From the NCBI GenBank assembly GCA_963740315.1, contig CAVUDP010000002.1, forward strand, positions 2,336,001 through 2,400,000: 64,000 nt of DNA, given 5' to 3'. Shown piece by piece: positions 41,896-53,886 of the stretch. A model generated the notes under the pieces. The model was not told the origin of the DNA, made no database searches, and was given only the letters and a program-made list of their open reading frames with translations. Every line of letters begins with the position of its first letter. Position 1 is the stretch's first letter. This DNA comes from an uncultured cyanobacterium (GTDB taxonomy: Bacteria; Cyanobacteriota; Cyanobacteriia; Cyanobacteriales; Nostocaceae). A program made the position numbers and the translations under genes.

Positions 41896-43195
41896 TTTTT
41901 GTCTTACTTGCAATATGTTTGTTATACCAATTCATTAATGGAGTGGCGCTGACTCCATGTAAAAGTACTGAAACAACAACAGTACTATAAGTTATCCAAG
42001 CAATTTGTTCGGCTAATTCTCCTTTTAAACCGCTACCAAGAGCGTAGGCAAGATAGTATAAAGAACCGACTCCGCGAATACCAAACCAGCCGAACAACCA
42101 ACGTTTTTGGGGATAAACTTTTTGATTTTCCGGATTTTTTATACTACGTTTACCGATGGTGCTAATAAAGACTCCTAAAGGTCTAATTAAGAAGAACAAT
42201 AACAATATTACTAAAATTGATTGAGGCGCAAAATTTACCATTGGTTGATAGAGTAATATTGTTCCTAACAGTAAAATTGTTCCTATTTCAAGAAGCTTTT
42301 CAATCTGTTCGATAAATTCTAATTGCGCTAATGGTTTTTCTGGGTCATAATGACTTTTTTGCATGGTTAAACCAGTTACAAATACAGCTAAAAAGCCATA
42401 GCCGTTGACAACTTCCGTTAAAGAATAGCTGAGAAAAATTGCACTAAGGGCAATAAAATCTTCCATCAAATTGTCAACCGGATGACGTTCTTTAATTTTT
42501 TTATCAAGCCAGACAATAGCTTTGGCAACCAGAAACCCCATAATAATTCCAGAGCCAATTGCCCAAATTAAATCAACTCCTACCCAATCTTTAATCCAGT
42601 TATCCCAATTATCATCTTTGATTGCAAAAAGACCGAAATAAACGAAGGGGAAAGCTAACGCATCATTCAATCCGCCTTCACTAGTTAAACCAAAACGCAA
42701 CTCATCATTATCATTTGTATCTTTTAATTGAATTGCAGAAGCTAATACGGGGTCAGTTGGTGCTAAAATTGCTCCTAATAAAATTGCTCCACCCCAATCC
42801 ATTCCTAGAAAAAATTTGCCCACAGCAGCAATCGCAAAAATGGAAATTGGCATCAAAATTCCGATTAACCGCAAGGTAATATCCCAAGCTTTTAATTTTA
42901 AAGGACGAGCAATTTTTAAACCGCAACCAAATACAGAAATAATAACTACTAATTCGGTTAATCGTTTGAGCAATTCAGCATTAAATATACCTTCCCGACG
43001 CAATTCAACTAAACCAAAGCCGTAAGGTCCGATTGCAATACCAGCTATTAGATAGATGATGGCATAGGAAAAAGGCGATCGCGCAATTACACCCGAACCC
43101 AAAGTTACAAATAGTAAGAGTAAACCAATAACAAGTAGATTCAGAATATAAATATCATCAAGAACAAGTAGATTCATAAAATAAATATTATTCAT
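41876..43195 (-). CDS. Cation:proton antiporter (CPA1/NhaP-like)
   Basis: LAPTDPVLA, SEGGLND and WFGIRG motifs; many TM helices. Confidence 0.92.
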   Translation of the reverse strand: MNNIYFMNLLVLDDIYILNLLVIGLLLLFVTLGSGVIARSPFSYAIIYLIAGIAIGPYGFGLVELRREGIFNAELLKRLTELVVIISVFGCGLKIARPLKLKAWDITLRLIGILMPISIFAIAAVGKFFLGMDWGGAILLGAILAPTDPVLASAIQLKDTNDNDELRFGLTSEGGLNDALAFPFVYFGLFAIKDDNWDNWIKDWVGVDLIWAIGSGIIMGFLVAKAIVWLDKKIKERHPVDNLMEDFIALSAIFLSYSLTEVVNGYGFLAVFVTGLTMQKSHYDPEKPLAQLEFIEQIEKLLEIGTILLLGTILLYQPMVNFAPQSILVILLLFFLIRPLGVFISTIGKRSIKNPENQKVYPQKRWLFGWFGIRGVGSLYYLAYALGSGLKGELAEQIAWITYSTVVVSVLLHGVSATPLMNWYNKHIASKTKTNALPD

Positions 43196-43380
43196 AGACT
43201 TTTTTACTCCTCCTATAACGACATAATTCTGTTAGTTTAAGAGCAAAGCTAATAATTCTGTATCACCCGCAGGTAGATTTAATCAAACAGTTTTCTGTAC
43301 CAGTTGAGTAAATAAAATGCAACCAAAAGCAGTTAAAAATCGTTAGTCTATTAATATAAGCATTATTTTTAGTCGCGATA

Positions 43381-44743
43381 ATGATACAGGTAAAAGGACC
43401 AAAAACTCCTAGATTTGCTCAATTAATTGAGTGGGTTTTCAATCCCTTGCAATTAATGGAAAAATCGGCGAAAACCTATGGAGAAGCTTTTAAATTATTT
43501 TTGGTTGGCAAAAATCCGATGGTGTTTGTCAGCCATCCCCAAGCCATCAAGGAAATTTTCAACGCTAACCCCGATAAGTTTGATGTCGGTAGGGGAAACG
43601 AATTAGTTGCATCTTTATTAGGAGAGCAATCTTTAATTTTACTCGATGGCGCACCACACCAACGCCAGCGAAAATTATTAACGCCGCCATTTCATGGAGA
43701 TAGAATGAAATCCTATGGCGAGTTAATTTGTGAAATTACCGAAAAAGTTATTAGTAATTGGAAAATTGGCGAACCTTTCGATGTTCGTTACTTCCATGCA
43801 AGAAATTTCCCTCAGCGTTATTTTACAAGCAGTATTCGGACTTAGTGAAGGGGAACGTTACGACGAAATGAAACAGCTAATCGCTTCAATATTAGATATA
43901 TCCGGTTCCCCATTAAAGGCGATGCTGATATTTGTACCTTTGTTACAAAAAGATTTAGGTGCTTGGAGTCCCTGGGGTAGCTTTTTACGCCAGCAAAAAC
44001 GGCTTGATGAATTATTATACGCCGAAATTGAGGAACGCAGAGATAACTCAGATGAATCTCGCGAAGATATTTTATCATTAATGATGGCTGCAAGAGACGA
44101 ACAAGGGCAGCCCATGACAGATCAAGAAATGCGCGATGAGTTAATGACTTTATTAGTCGCAGGGCACGAAACCACAGCCTCATCGTTAACTTGGGCGTTT
44201 TACTGGATTCATCATCTTCCCGAAGTAAAGGAAAAACTATTAGCGGAATTAGATACAGTTGAGAACGAAGATTTAAGTGCGATCGCCAAATTACCATACT
44301 TAAACGGAGTTTGTGCCGAAACATTACGTATATATCCTATAGCTTTAATTGCTTTCCCACGAATTAATAAAGCACCAATTAAGATAATGGACTACGAATA
44401 TCCCGCAGAAACATGGTTAATGCCATGCATTTATTTAACACATCATCGCGAGGATTTGTATCCAGAACCGAAACAGTTTAAACCAGAAAGATTTATTGAC
44501 AAACAGTATTCAGCTTATGAATATTTACCCTTTGGTGGTGGTAATCGTCGCTGTATCGGTATGGCATTTGCCTTGTTTGAAATGAAACTGGTATTAACAA
44601 CAGTTTTGAAAAACCTGGATTTGAGTATAGTTAATAACCATGAAGTTAAACCAACCCGTCGTGGCGGTACCTTAGCGCCTTCTGGGGGTAAATGGTTGGT
44701 GGTGAAAGGGAAAAGGGATGTGAAGGTGAAGATGGGGGTTTGA
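43381..44743 (+). pseudogene. Cytochrome P450 (CYP110-like) split by a +1 frameshift near 43789
   Basis: Two overlapping ORFs join as ...FDVR/TSMQEISL. Contains AGHETT, ETLR, FKPERF and PFGGGNRRCIG heme motif. Confidence 0.85.
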
Positions 44744-44930
44744 GTGATGCAGAGAATAGCCTTCACCCTCGAAGGGTGGGGCTACAGGAACGAAGCCTGC
44801 CGATCCCTAAGTAGAGGACAAAAAGAAATTAAAACAAGCCGAAGACGTTGTACAAAAACAGGAATAAAGATAAACTTTTATTCTAATTCTTTATCGAAGC
44901 ACTAAAATAACTAAAAAAAATACTTTTATT

Positions 44931-46223
44931 ATGAAGCTAATTTCTACTCAATTAGACTTATTTCAATCTGCCGAAAGTATAAAATCTAAACTACCTACTA
45001 ACACTCTAAGTCATCAGCATCGAGTTCAACGGTGGGCTAATTTTATAGCTGGCTATTCAATTGAATTTGTAGAAAATTGTCTTCAGAACATAGACCCATA
45101 TCAAGGTTTAATTGTAGATCCATTTTTAGGGTGTGGATCTACGTTAGTCGCTGCGAAGAATTTAGGATTTAGAGGAGTTGGCTATGATAGACATCCCGTA
45201 TTTCTGAATTTAGCTAAATCAAAAATTGAAAACTATACCGCAGAAGATATAAAGACAGTCAAAGAAAATATTATATCAGTTAACCCATCATTAATTTGGT
45301 CGCCTGATGCAGAGAAATTCCTAAAGAAACTATTTGAGAATGACGATTTGCTTTATATTTCCCGTGCTTCATATTCCTTAAATAAATATACAGATAAAAG
45401 AACAAAGCCTCTTGCAATTGCATATTTATTAAAGGTATGTGAGGCTGCATGTGGTTCTCAAACTGACGGAATTTATAAAGCCCCAACTTCACGAAAAACT
45501 AGAATACCTTTCCATGAAGCTGTAAATAAAATTGAGCAACTTTTCTTAGATGATATTCAATCTGAATGGTACAGTACACATTGGATTAATCAACCAAAAC
45601 AGATTTGTGTTAATGAGTCATCAACTAGGATGGATTATTTAAAAAATGACAGCGTTATTAGCTGTATTACATCTCCTCCATATCTAAATAACTTTGATTA
45701 TGCTGAAATGACTCGGATGCATTTGTATATTCTTGGTTGGGCAAGTTCATGGCGTGATATTTCTATTCTGGTAAGAAATGATTTGATTACTAATACCACT
45801 ACGGCACTTAAAGGGAAAAAGCAACAAGAATTTCAGAATTGCTATAGAAATTCAATATGTAATAGTTTATTACCAGAGCTTGATTCTATAGTTGCTGATT
45901 TACAAGAAGAAAAGAAAACAAGACCAGGAAAGAAGGAGTACAACTTTCTTGTTTATCCTTATTATATGCAAATTACTAAAGTATTACTAGAATTATATAG
46001 AGTACTTAAGAAAAATGGCACCATAGATTGGGTAGTAGCGGATGCAGCTTTATATGGTATTCATATAAAAACGCACTTACATACAGCAGAAATAATGCGT
46101 TCAATAGGATTCAAAAATATCAAAGTTGACTATATGAGAAAGCGCGGACATCGATGGATATTAAATAAAAGAGATGGAGCGAAGGAAGGTCTAGGAGAAT
46201 ATCATATTTCTGCTCGAAAATAA
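44931..46223 (+). CDS. Site-specific DNA methyltransferase, probably N4-cytosine (alpha-type motif order)
   Basis: DPFLGCG (motif I) N-terminal to ITSPPY (motif IV). Confidence 0.9.
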   Translation: MKLISTQLDLFQSAESIKSKLPTNTLSHQHRVQRWANFIAGYSIEFVENCLQNIDPYQGLIVDPFLGCGSTLVAAKNLGFRGVGYDRHPVFLNLAKSKIENYTAEDIKTVKENIISVNPSLIWSPDAEKFLKKLFENDDLLYISRASYSLNKYTDKRTKPLAIAYLLKVCEAACGSQTDGIYKAPTSRKTRIPFHEAVNKIEQLFLDDIQSEWYSTHWINQPKQICVNESSTRMDYLKNDSVISCITSPPYLNNFDYAEMTRMHLYILGWASSWRDISILVRNDLITNTTTALKGKKQQEFQNCYRNSICNSLLPELDSIVADLQEEKKTRPGKKEYNFLVYPYYMQITKVLLELYRVLKKNGTIDWVVADAALYGIHIKTHLHTAEIMRSIGFKNIKVDYMRKRGHRWILNKRDGAKEGLGEYHISARK

Positions 46224-46238
46224 AATAAAATTACAAAT

Positions 46239-47261
46239 ATGACAACTATATATCAGCAGGCTAAAAATATAATGGATTTAGAGATTGTTCGTTATCTTTC
46301 TCTAATCGATGCAACTAACGGACTTACTCAGATACATCCCGAACATTTGTCTGATTATGAAACAGCCATTCTTTTTGCTGCTGGGATTGCATCTCAAATA
46401 CCTCCAAAAGATAGTAACTATGCAGATTTTTTGATATCTGAATATAATAGAAAACCGGCACTAGCATTTGATATAGAAAATGCTGTATGTGCTGGTGTTT
46501 ATTTACAAGCGCGTTCATTTGTGAAAGAATTGTTTGATGAAGCTTATAATCTAACAAAAGGCTTCTCAGAATTTGAATCTAAAACAATAAAAAATCATCC
46601 TTATTTACTTCCAGTATTTCAAAATTCGCTAGGTTTAAGCAAAGCTCAATTGAAACGAAAAGTTGGAAATGTATCAGATATATCTATTTCTAAACCTGGT
46701 TCAGAAAAGCTTTCTGAATTACTTAATTCCCAATACAGTACAGTAAATGTTCAACAATTAAATATTCTTCAACGTATGGAAATTACTCTGGAGGGAATTG
46801 TTAGAGACCTTGTTGGAAGGGTGCTTTTTGAAGAAGTAGTTGCTCATGCTCTTGACCAGTACGAAGTGCGGTATCTACGTGAAGGAGAATATACTTCTCT
46901 TTCTGGTGTAGTATATGATTTCCGCTCCGACTTTGTTTTACCTAATCCAGAAACTCCAATCGCTTTTATTGAAGTAAGAAAATCATCTAGTCGTCACGCT
47001 TCTCTTTATGCTAAAGACAAAATGTTTTCTGCGATTAATTGGAAAGGTAGACATAAAAATTTGATTGGAGTAATTGTTGTAGAAGGTGAGTGGACTCAAG
47101 CTACATTAAGAACAATGTCTTGTGTCTTTGATTATGTTTTTCCTTTATCAAAAGTAACAGAACTTGCAAAAATACTAAGACAAGTTCAGGACGGTGATAA
47201 GTCTTTCCTCAAGTGGATTATAGAATTTAGCATTATGCCATCACCAGATTTCAGCGAATAG
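46239..47261 (+). CDS. Putative type II restriction endonuclease (PD-(D/E)XK)
   Basis: 15 nt downstream of the MTase; GRVLFEE...SDFVLP...FIEVRK nuclease-like motif. Confidence 0.75.
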   Translation: MTTIYQQAKNIMDLEIVRYLSLIDATNGLTQIHPEHLSDYETAILFAAGIASQIPPKDSNYADFLISEYNRKPALAFDIENAVCAGVYLQARSFVKELFDEAYNLTKGFSEFESKTIKNHPYLLPVFQNSLGLSKAQLKRKVGNVSDISISKPGSEKLSELLNSQYSTVNVQQLNILQRMEITLEGIVRDLVGRVLFEEVVAHALDQYEVRYLREGEYTSLSGVVYDFRSDFVLPNPETPIAFIEVRKSSSRHASLYAKDKMFSAINWKGRHKNLIGVIVVEGEWTQATLRTMSCVFDYVFPLSKVTELAKILRQVQDGDKSFLKWIIEFSIMPSPDFSE

Positions 47262-47391
47262 GAACTAATGATATTATTTTTATTTTACGCTTATGACTCA
47301 ACATTTTAGAGTAGACGGATGCAATATTTATTCCACTGCTTCATTAGTGAAACGAGTGTGGTAAAATACAGCCCGCAAAAGTAGAGTTTGT

Positions 47392-47536
47392 TCACATTTC
47401 TACCAAAGCAAGACTAATATGAATAACTTTATCTACTTCTTCCAAAATTTTAGATTCCAAGTTTCCTAAACGTTTAATCAATCTTTGCTTGTCATTCACC
47501 CCTTTTCGGGTAACTTACTGTTTGTTTTCTTGCCAC
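47392..47536 (-). pseudogene. MazF/PemK toxin with large internal deletion
   Basis: MARKQTVSYPKRGE fused out of frame to DKQRLIKRLGNL...EVDKVIHISLALVEM*. Confidence 0.8.
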
Positions 47537-47760
47537 GTTTCTTCTTCCAAATCATACCATTCTTCAGCTAACTCTAAATCGCGTTCTGCGTTTTAGATAG
47601 CTCCTTGTTTTAATTGTTGTCTAAGATTATTTAAGGCTTTTTGCTTGATGTAATATTGCACGGCTTCATTGATAAAACTACTGCGATCGCCTTTTTCAGC
47701 AACTGTATCAATTAGCCGAATCGTATCTTCGGGTAAGGTAATGTTTAATCTACGATGCAT
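47515..47760 (-). pseudogene. RHH/CopG-type antitoxin with in-frame stop
   Basis: MHRRLNITLPEDT...GDRSSFINEAV...GAI*NAERDLELAEEW; TAA at 47595-47593. Confidence 0.8.
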
Positions 47761-47924
47761 AATTAACGTGCTTCGACAATAATTTCTATTGTACGCACTA
47801 ATAGTGTGTATGATTTACATATATATTTGTTTTAATTGCAAAATCCCAAAAAAACTAGCCCACGAAGGTGGGCTTTGCCTGTGTAGCCGCGATTTCAATC
47901 GCCAGGTTTTACGCCAGATATTAA

Positions 47925-49274
47925 CTATCCTCCCAACTTCACCCCCCTAATCGCCAAATCCAACAATTCCATCGGATGCATCACTTTCATTTCTTTACCC
48001 TGCTTCTCCAAATGCTTGCTAATCTGCAAACTACATCCAGGATTCGGGGAAGCAATCAATTCCGCACCCGTATTTACCAAATTCCTAGCTTTTTGTTCTC
48101 CCAATTCTTCCGCAATTTCCGGTTGCAGCATATTGTAAACCCCTGCGCTACCGCAACACAAAGCCGCATCCAAAGGTTCGCGTAATATGATGTTCGGAAT
48201 CTGCTTTAATAATTGACGGGGTTGGACGCTGATTTTTTGTCCGTGCAATAAATGACACGCATCTTGATAAACCATTGTCAGCGGTTCTTCTGTCAAAGGT
48301 GATAATTTGGCGGTTAAACCTACTTTTGCTAAAAATTCTTGGGAATCTTTAACTTTATTAGCAAATTCTTTTGCTTTATCCTTATATTCCGGGTCATTCT
48401 CTAAAATATGACCGTATTCTTTCAAAGTATGACCGCAACCCGCTGCATTAATAATTACATAGTCTACATCCATATCTGCAAAACTATCAATCATCTGTCT
48501 TGCCAAAGCTTGCGCTTGTGCGGCTTGCCCTTGATGTTCGGGAAGTGCGGCACAGCAGCCTTGGGATTTGGGAATTACCACCTCACAACCATTCGCAGTT
48601 AACACTCGCACGGTGGCTTCATTCACGGATGAGAAGAATAATCGCTGCACGCATCCTAATATTACTCCCACGCGGTAACGTTTTTTAACCTGCGCTGGAA
48701 TTACGGTAGGGTAATTATCTTGAAAAGATTTCCCAGTAACTTCAGGAAGAATAGATTCCATTGCTGCCAAACGGGGAGATATCTTTTCAAGTAAACCAGT
48801 AGCGCGAATTAATTTTGGTAAACCTAACTTTTGATAGATAAGTAATGGCACTAATAGAAAGCGCAATCTTTGGGGATAAGGAAACAGCGAAAAAATTAAT
48901 TGTCGAAATAATTTATCTGGTAAACTGCGGGGATAATTACGAGCAACTTGGTAACGAGTGGCGTTAATTAACTTGTCATATTCCACCCCAGAAGGGCAAG
49001 CAGTTACACAAGCCAAACAGCCCAGACAAGTATCAAAATGTTCGGTAGTCGCCTTATTTAAAGGAATTTCCCCTTCATTAATAGCATCCATCAAATAGAT
49101 TCTTCCTCGTGGGGAATCCATTTCTGTTCCTAATACCCTGTAACTCGGACAAGTAGAAAGACAGAACCCACAATGCACGCAGCTATCAATTAACTTTGGT
49201 TCCGGCGGATGATTTTCATCAAAGCCTTGGATATTTTTTAAAGAAGCAATATTTTCTTTATTTTCTGAAAGCAT
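47925..49274 (-). CDS. glcF: Glycolate oxidase iron-sulfur subunit
   Basis: CVHCGFC...CP and CLGC.AC...CP clusters; CCG domains. Confidence 0.92.
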   Translation of the reverse strand: MLSENKENIASLKNIQGFDENHPPEPKLIDSCVHCGFCLSTCPSYRVLGTEMDSPRGRIYLMDAINEGEIPLNKATTEHFDTCLGCLACVTACPSGVEYDKLINATRYQVARNYPRSLPDKLFRQLIFSLFPYPQRLRFLLVPLLIYQKLGLPKLIRATGLLEKISPRLAAMESILPEVTGKSFQDNYPTVIPAQVKKRYRVGVILGCVQRLFFSSVNEATVRVLTANGCEVVIPKSQGCCAALPEHQGQAAQAQALARQMIDSFADMDVDYVIINAAGCGHTLKEYGHILENDPEYKDKAKEFANKVKDSQEFLAKVGLTAKLSPLTEEPLTMVYQDACHLLHGQKISVQPRQLLKQIPNIILREPLDAALCCGSAGVYNMLQPEIAEELGEQKARNLVNTGAELIASPNPGCSLQISKHLEKQGKEMKVMHPMELLDLAIRGVKLGG

Positions 49275-49410
49275 GATAGTTAATAGGTTAAAGGTTAAAG
49301 GTTAAAGGTTAAAGGTTAAACGTTAGGAATTAGGAATTAGGAGTTAAGAGTTAGGAGTTAAGACTTTTTTCTACCCCCTCTACCCTCTCTACCCCCTCTT
49401 CCCCCTCTTT

Positions 49411-50709
49411 TCAAATTCCTCCCACAAATCTTTCTGGGCTTAAAATATTCTCGGCATCAAATTGTTTTTTAATTCCGCGCATTAATTCCAATCCATTACC
49501 GCTGTAGCCCCAAACATCTAATTTTTCTTTAATTTCTACTGGTGCTGATAATATGGTTAGAAAACCGCTGTTTTGTTCGCACAATTTCCGCATTTCTAAC
49601 ACCTTTGTTTCGTCTTCAAATCGTAATATTCCTAAGCCGCTAGATATGTTAATCAAACCTAATTCGGCTCGATTTAAAACTTCTACCGCAGCATTTGGTA
49701 ATACTCCTATTTTGCAAGTAATTTCCGAACCCGATCCAGGTAAATGTATTTGTTCTGGCAATATATGCCATAAGTGAGATTCTTCTGTGTCGGAATACAC
49801 CGCACCAGTTAATCCTAATTTTTCTCCTACTTGCAAAACTTGGTTTAACTGTTCTTTGACGCTTTCGGGGATACTCTCGAAGCGCACAATTAACCCCAAT
49901 CCTTTACCCAATTCCATGCTTGATACTAATTGAGCAGAAAGTAAATCGGCTTGGGTGGGTGTTAAAGCGGAACCACGAATTGTATCTGCGGCTTGGGATA
50001 TAGCTTCTTTATTACCCGTCAATATTGCGGTTCCCGAAGCTGATTGCATGGGATATAAACGAAATGTCGCTTCTGTAATAATACTTAAAGTCCCGTAGGA
50101 GCCGGTAAATAATTTCATCAAGTCGTAACCGGCGACATTCTTGACTACTCTGCCCCCAGCGCGAGCAATTTGACCGTCAGCACGAACGAAGGTGACACCC
50201 AGCAACTGGTCGCGGACGCTACCGTAACGCTGTCGCAAGGAACCCGTATCACCTGTAGCTATGATGCCACCAATGGTTGCTGAATCGGGTGCTGTTGGGT
50301 TGAGGGCAAGAATTTGATTGTGTTTGGCTAAAGTTGCTTGAATATCGGCGAATTTTACTCCTGCTTCTACGGTAATAGTTAAGTCACCTACAGCATGGTT
50401 AATAATTTTATTGAGATGCTGCGTGCTAACAACGATATCGACATGTTTTGCTAAACCACCCCATTTGAGTTTACTACCGTTACCCATCGGTAAAACGCGC
50501 CACTTGTTGCGGTTAGCTGCGGTAATCACTTCAGCAAGCTGTTGTTGTGTTTGGGGATAGACGACGCAACCGGGGAGATTTCCCGGTGCGATCGCCATTT
50601 TTACCTGTTTGTCGTCCGAATCATCAGTAAAATTTTCTTCTCCAACGATAGATGCAAGACTAGAATGGTAGACGTTCAGCGTACCCTGTTCGCTAGACAT
50701 CGGTTTCAT
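49411..50709 (-). CDS. glcE: Glycolate oxidase FAD-binding subunit
   Basis: GGRVVKNVAGYDLMKLFTGSYGTL signature; adjacent to glcF. Confidence 0.88.
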   Translation of the reverse strand: MKPMSSEQGTLNVYHSSLASIVGEENFTDDSDDKQVKMAIAPGNLPGCVVYPQTQQQLAEVITAANRNKWRVLPMGNGSKLKWGGLAKHVDIVVSTQHLNKIINHAVGDLTITVEAGVKFADIQATLAKHNQILALNPTAPDSATIGGIIATGDTGSLRQRYGSVRDQLLGVTFVRADGQIARAGGRVVKNVAGYDLMKLFTGSYGTLSIITEATFRLYPMQSASGTAILTGNKEAISQAADTIRGSALTPTQADLLSAQLVSSMELGKGLGLIVRFESIPESVKEQLNQVLQVGEKLGLTGAVYSDTEESHLWHILPEQIHLPGSGSEITCKIGVLPNAAVEVLNRAELGLINISSGLGILRFEDETKVLEMRKLCEQNSGFLTILSAPVEIKEKLDVWGYSGNGLELMRGIKKQFDAENILSPERFVGGI

Positions 50710-51346
50710 AAGTGTATTTTTTTATTGCTTAATACTAATCTACTGTTTTATACAGCTAAATAACGGTTAATGTTTTTTTGCTACTGGCAATAGGTAGTTA
50801 AAAAAGTAACTTCCATCACATTACCTCTCCTTCATCTAAATGATTTAATACTCATACTAAGTTAGTAAATAATAAGTATTAATCACGATGCTATAGTTTA
50901 TATTTTAACTTAAGCTAGCTACTGAAGATAGTATATTTTCATTTTCTTTATCGGGGTAGCAATGTTAATCATCTTCCATAAAAACATCTTTAAATTTACC
51001 GCCAAACGACATTTTAGGAAACGTAGCTATATCGATTTTAATTGTACTACGTATCTAGAACTTCCAAATCTTAAATTAAAATCGTTAGTTTTTGTATAGT
51101 AATTTATTTTACTTAAATAAATTACAAGGCAGATTTTTATGCAAGTATTGAGTAAACTACTTTCTGTCTAAAAAGTCAATATAATTAATTTAATATTAGT
51201 GTTTTTACTTATTTGCGAATAAAGTCTTGTTCTATATAGTTTTTACATAAAATAATAGATTAGTGAGATAAAAACGATCGCAGTAAGACTTAATATATAA
51301 AAAATGATTTGCTACAGCACTAATGTAGCTTTAATAAACTGTTGTT

Positions 51347-53884
51347 ATGTTTTTAGTCACTGATGCTATTAAAGAAAATCATCTGGCGGTTTCTCCTGAA
51401 ACTCGTTTGATAGAAATTATTAACTTAACAGAAAAATTAAAAGAACAAAAAACACTACCTCAAGAATTATTTGTTATAGAAAAATCGCAATTATTAGGTA
51501 TATTCACGCTTTCCGAGCTAATTCATTTAATTACTTCTGGAAGAAACTTAGAACAAGTTAAAGTTTCAGAAGTAATGAAACCTGCAATTACTTTAGAACT
51601 CGATCGCAATTATCAAACGGCGTTATCTCTGATGCGCGAACATGATATTAAATCTTTGCCAATTATCAATAAAATGGGAGAATTAATAGAAGTAGTTACT
51701 CCAGAGATTGTTGCTGTAAAGTTGCAAACAGAACTTTCAAGCACCAAAAAACAGCTACAATCAGAAATACAGAAATATAATTCGTTAAAAAAAGAGTTTG
51801 ATGATTTAAAAAATACTAATAAATTATTACAACGCAAAATGTGCGATAGTCTTGCAACCGAAGCACAACTTTTACAGACAACCAGCGAATTACAGGAGTT
51901 ATTCCAAGCTTTTCCCGATATTTATTTTCGTTTGAAAAGCGACGGTACTATCCTTAGCTGCCATGCTAATAAATTTTCCGATTTATATTTACCACCTGAC
52001 AAGTTTTTAGGTAAGCAATTAGAAGAAGTTGTACCACCCTCAATTGCTTGTCAATTTCGGGAAGCTATTTCTCAAGTATTAGAAACTAATTCGTTAATTG
52101 CAATCGAATATTCTTTATCAGTACCATCAGGAGACAAAAGTTTTGAAGCACGACTGCAAAGTACAATCGGACATAATATTATCGTTATCATCCGCGACAT
52201 AACCGAACGAAAACAAGCCGAAATAGAGTTACAAACCGCTAAAAATGAGCTAGAAGTACGAGTTGAAGAACGTACTCGCGAATTAAAAAATACAAACTCG
52301 CGTCTGCGACAAGAAATTATTGAACGTCAGCGATTTGAAGAAGAACTTCGTTTTCGAGTCGATTTTGAAAAGCTAATCACTAATATATCCACTGATTTTA
52401 TTAATCTTGATGCCGATCGAATAGACAATGGTATCAATCAAGCGTTAGAAACTATTAGTAAATTTGCTGATATTGACCGTAGCTATGTATTTTTATTAAC
52501 CGAGGATTCGGAGAAGATTAATAATACTCATGAATGGTGCGATCGCGTTCCATCGCGTATTGATGATTTACAAGATATCCATGTCGAAGATTTGACTTTA
52601 TTTATAGAAAAGCTTCAACGTGGTGAAATTTTGCAATTACAGGATATACAGGATTCACTTTTAGAAGAAACAGTTGCACAAGTTTTTAAAATTCAAGATA
52701 TTAAATCTCTGATTATTTTACCAATTGCTTGTAGCGGCAATTCGCTCGGTTTCTTAGGTTTTGAATCTTTTCACAAAACTACATGGACGGAAAACAGCAT
52801 TTTCTTACTTAAAATAGTAGCAGAAATGTTAGGAAATGTCTTAGGACGTAAGCGAGTAGAACAAGTTTTGAGGATAAGCGAAGAAAGATACGCACGAGCT
52901 ATTAATGCGGGAAAAGTGGGGGTTTGGGAGTGGAATATTCAAACGAATGAAGTTTATATTGATTCTAACTTGAAAGCGATGCTTGGCTATAAAGATGAAG
53001 AAATAGCCAATCAATTTAGTAACTGGTTGCGATTTGTACATTCCGATGATGTCGGTTTAGTAAAAGCTGAAATCAATGCTTATTTAGAAGAGTTAATTCC
53101 TAAATACGAAATAGAACATCGAATGCTACACAAAAACGGGGGTGCTTATTCATTTTTAACTCGCGGTACTGTAGTTCGGGATGAAGAAGGAATACCCGCT
53201 TTTATGGCTGGTTCAAGTACAGATATTACGGTTCGCAAACAGGTAGAAAATAAGTTAAAATCTTCTTTAAAAGAGAAAGAAGTACTACTTAAAGAAATTC
53301 ATCACCGCGTCAAAAACAATTTACAAATTATTTCAAGTTTGCTGCGTTTGCAGTCTGGATACATTAAAGATAAACAAGCTTTAGAAATTTTTCAAGATAG
53401 TCAAAATCGCGTCCGAGCAATGGCGTTGATTCATGAAAATTTGTATCAAACCAACGACTTAGCTAAAATAGAATTTTCTGAATATATTCGGAAGTTAAAG
53501 AATAATTTAATTCGTTGTTATAACAGTAAAAATATTAATATAAATGCCAATATAGAAAAAGTATATTTAAAACTTGATACGGCTATTCCTTGTGCTTTAA
53601 TTATCAACGAACTTGTTTCTAATTCAATGAAACACGCTTTTATAAATAATAACGAAGGAGAGATATACGTGGAGTTTATAACTTTGCAAAAAGGTAAATA
53701 CTCATTATCCGTCAGCGATAACGGTGTAGGAGTACGAGAAAATATTGATTCATTAAAAAAACAATCCCTTGGTTTAGAATTAGTTTGGAATTTAGTCGAG
53801 CAATTAGAAGGAACTATTATATATAATTCTAAACTCGGTGCTTCATTTAGAATTACATTCATCGACAACAATCAAGGGGAATAA
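51347..53884 (+). CDS. CBS-PAS-GAF-PAS sensor histidine kinase (HisKA_2 type)
   Basis: CBS pair; PAS/PAC (RDITERK); [25 protein letters not shown]. Confidence 0.92.
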   Translation: MFLVTDAIKENHLAVSPETRLIEIINLTEKLKEQKTLPQELFVIEKSQLLGIFTLSELIHLITSGRNLEQVKVSEVMKPAITLELDRNYQTALSLMREHDIKSLPIINKMGELIEVVTPEIVAVKLQTELSSTKKQLQSEIQKYNSLKKEFDDLKNTNKLLQRKMCDSLATEAQLLQTTSELQELFQAFPDIYFRLKSDGTILSCHANKFSDLYLPPDKFLGKQLEEVVPPSIACQFREAISQVLETNSLIAIEYSLSVPSGDKSFEARLQSTIGHNIIVIIRDITERKQAEIELQTAKNELEVRVEERTRELKNTNSRLRQEIIERQRFEEELRFRVDFEKLITNISTDFINLDADRIDNGINQALETISKFADIDRSYVFLLTEDSEKINNTHEWCDRVPSRIDDLQDIHVEDLTLFIEKLQRGEILQLQDIQDSLLEETVAQVFKIQDIKSLIILPIACSGNSLGFLGFESFHKTTWTENSIFLLKIVAEMLGNVLGRKRVEQVLRISEERYARAINAGKVGVWEWNIQTNEVYIDSNLKAMLGYKDEEIANQFSNWLRFVHSDDVGLVKAEINAYLEELIPKYEIEHRMLHKNGGAYSFLTRGTVVRDEEGIPAFMAGSSTDITVRKQVENKLKSSLKEKEVLLKEIHHRVKNNLQIISSLLRLQSGYIKDKQALEIFQDSQNRVRAMALIHENLYQTNDLAKIEFSEYIRKLKNNLIRCYNSKNININANIEKVYLKLDTAIPCALIINELVSNSMKHAFINNNEGEIYVEFITLQKGKYSLSVSDNGVGVRENIDSLKKQSLGLELVWNLVEQLEGTIIYNSKLGASFRITFIDNNQGE

Positions 53885-53886
53885 AA

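Noticed and set aside
34600..43290. Loose CT-N5-TAGA motif upstream of several genes (34636, 40557, 43266)
   Set aside because: Too short and degenerate for AT-rich DNA; needs motif-enrichment statistics.
50710..51346. Long AT-rich intergenic region as possible sRNA
   Set aside because: No stable stems or recognisable motif; consistent with a divergent promoter region.
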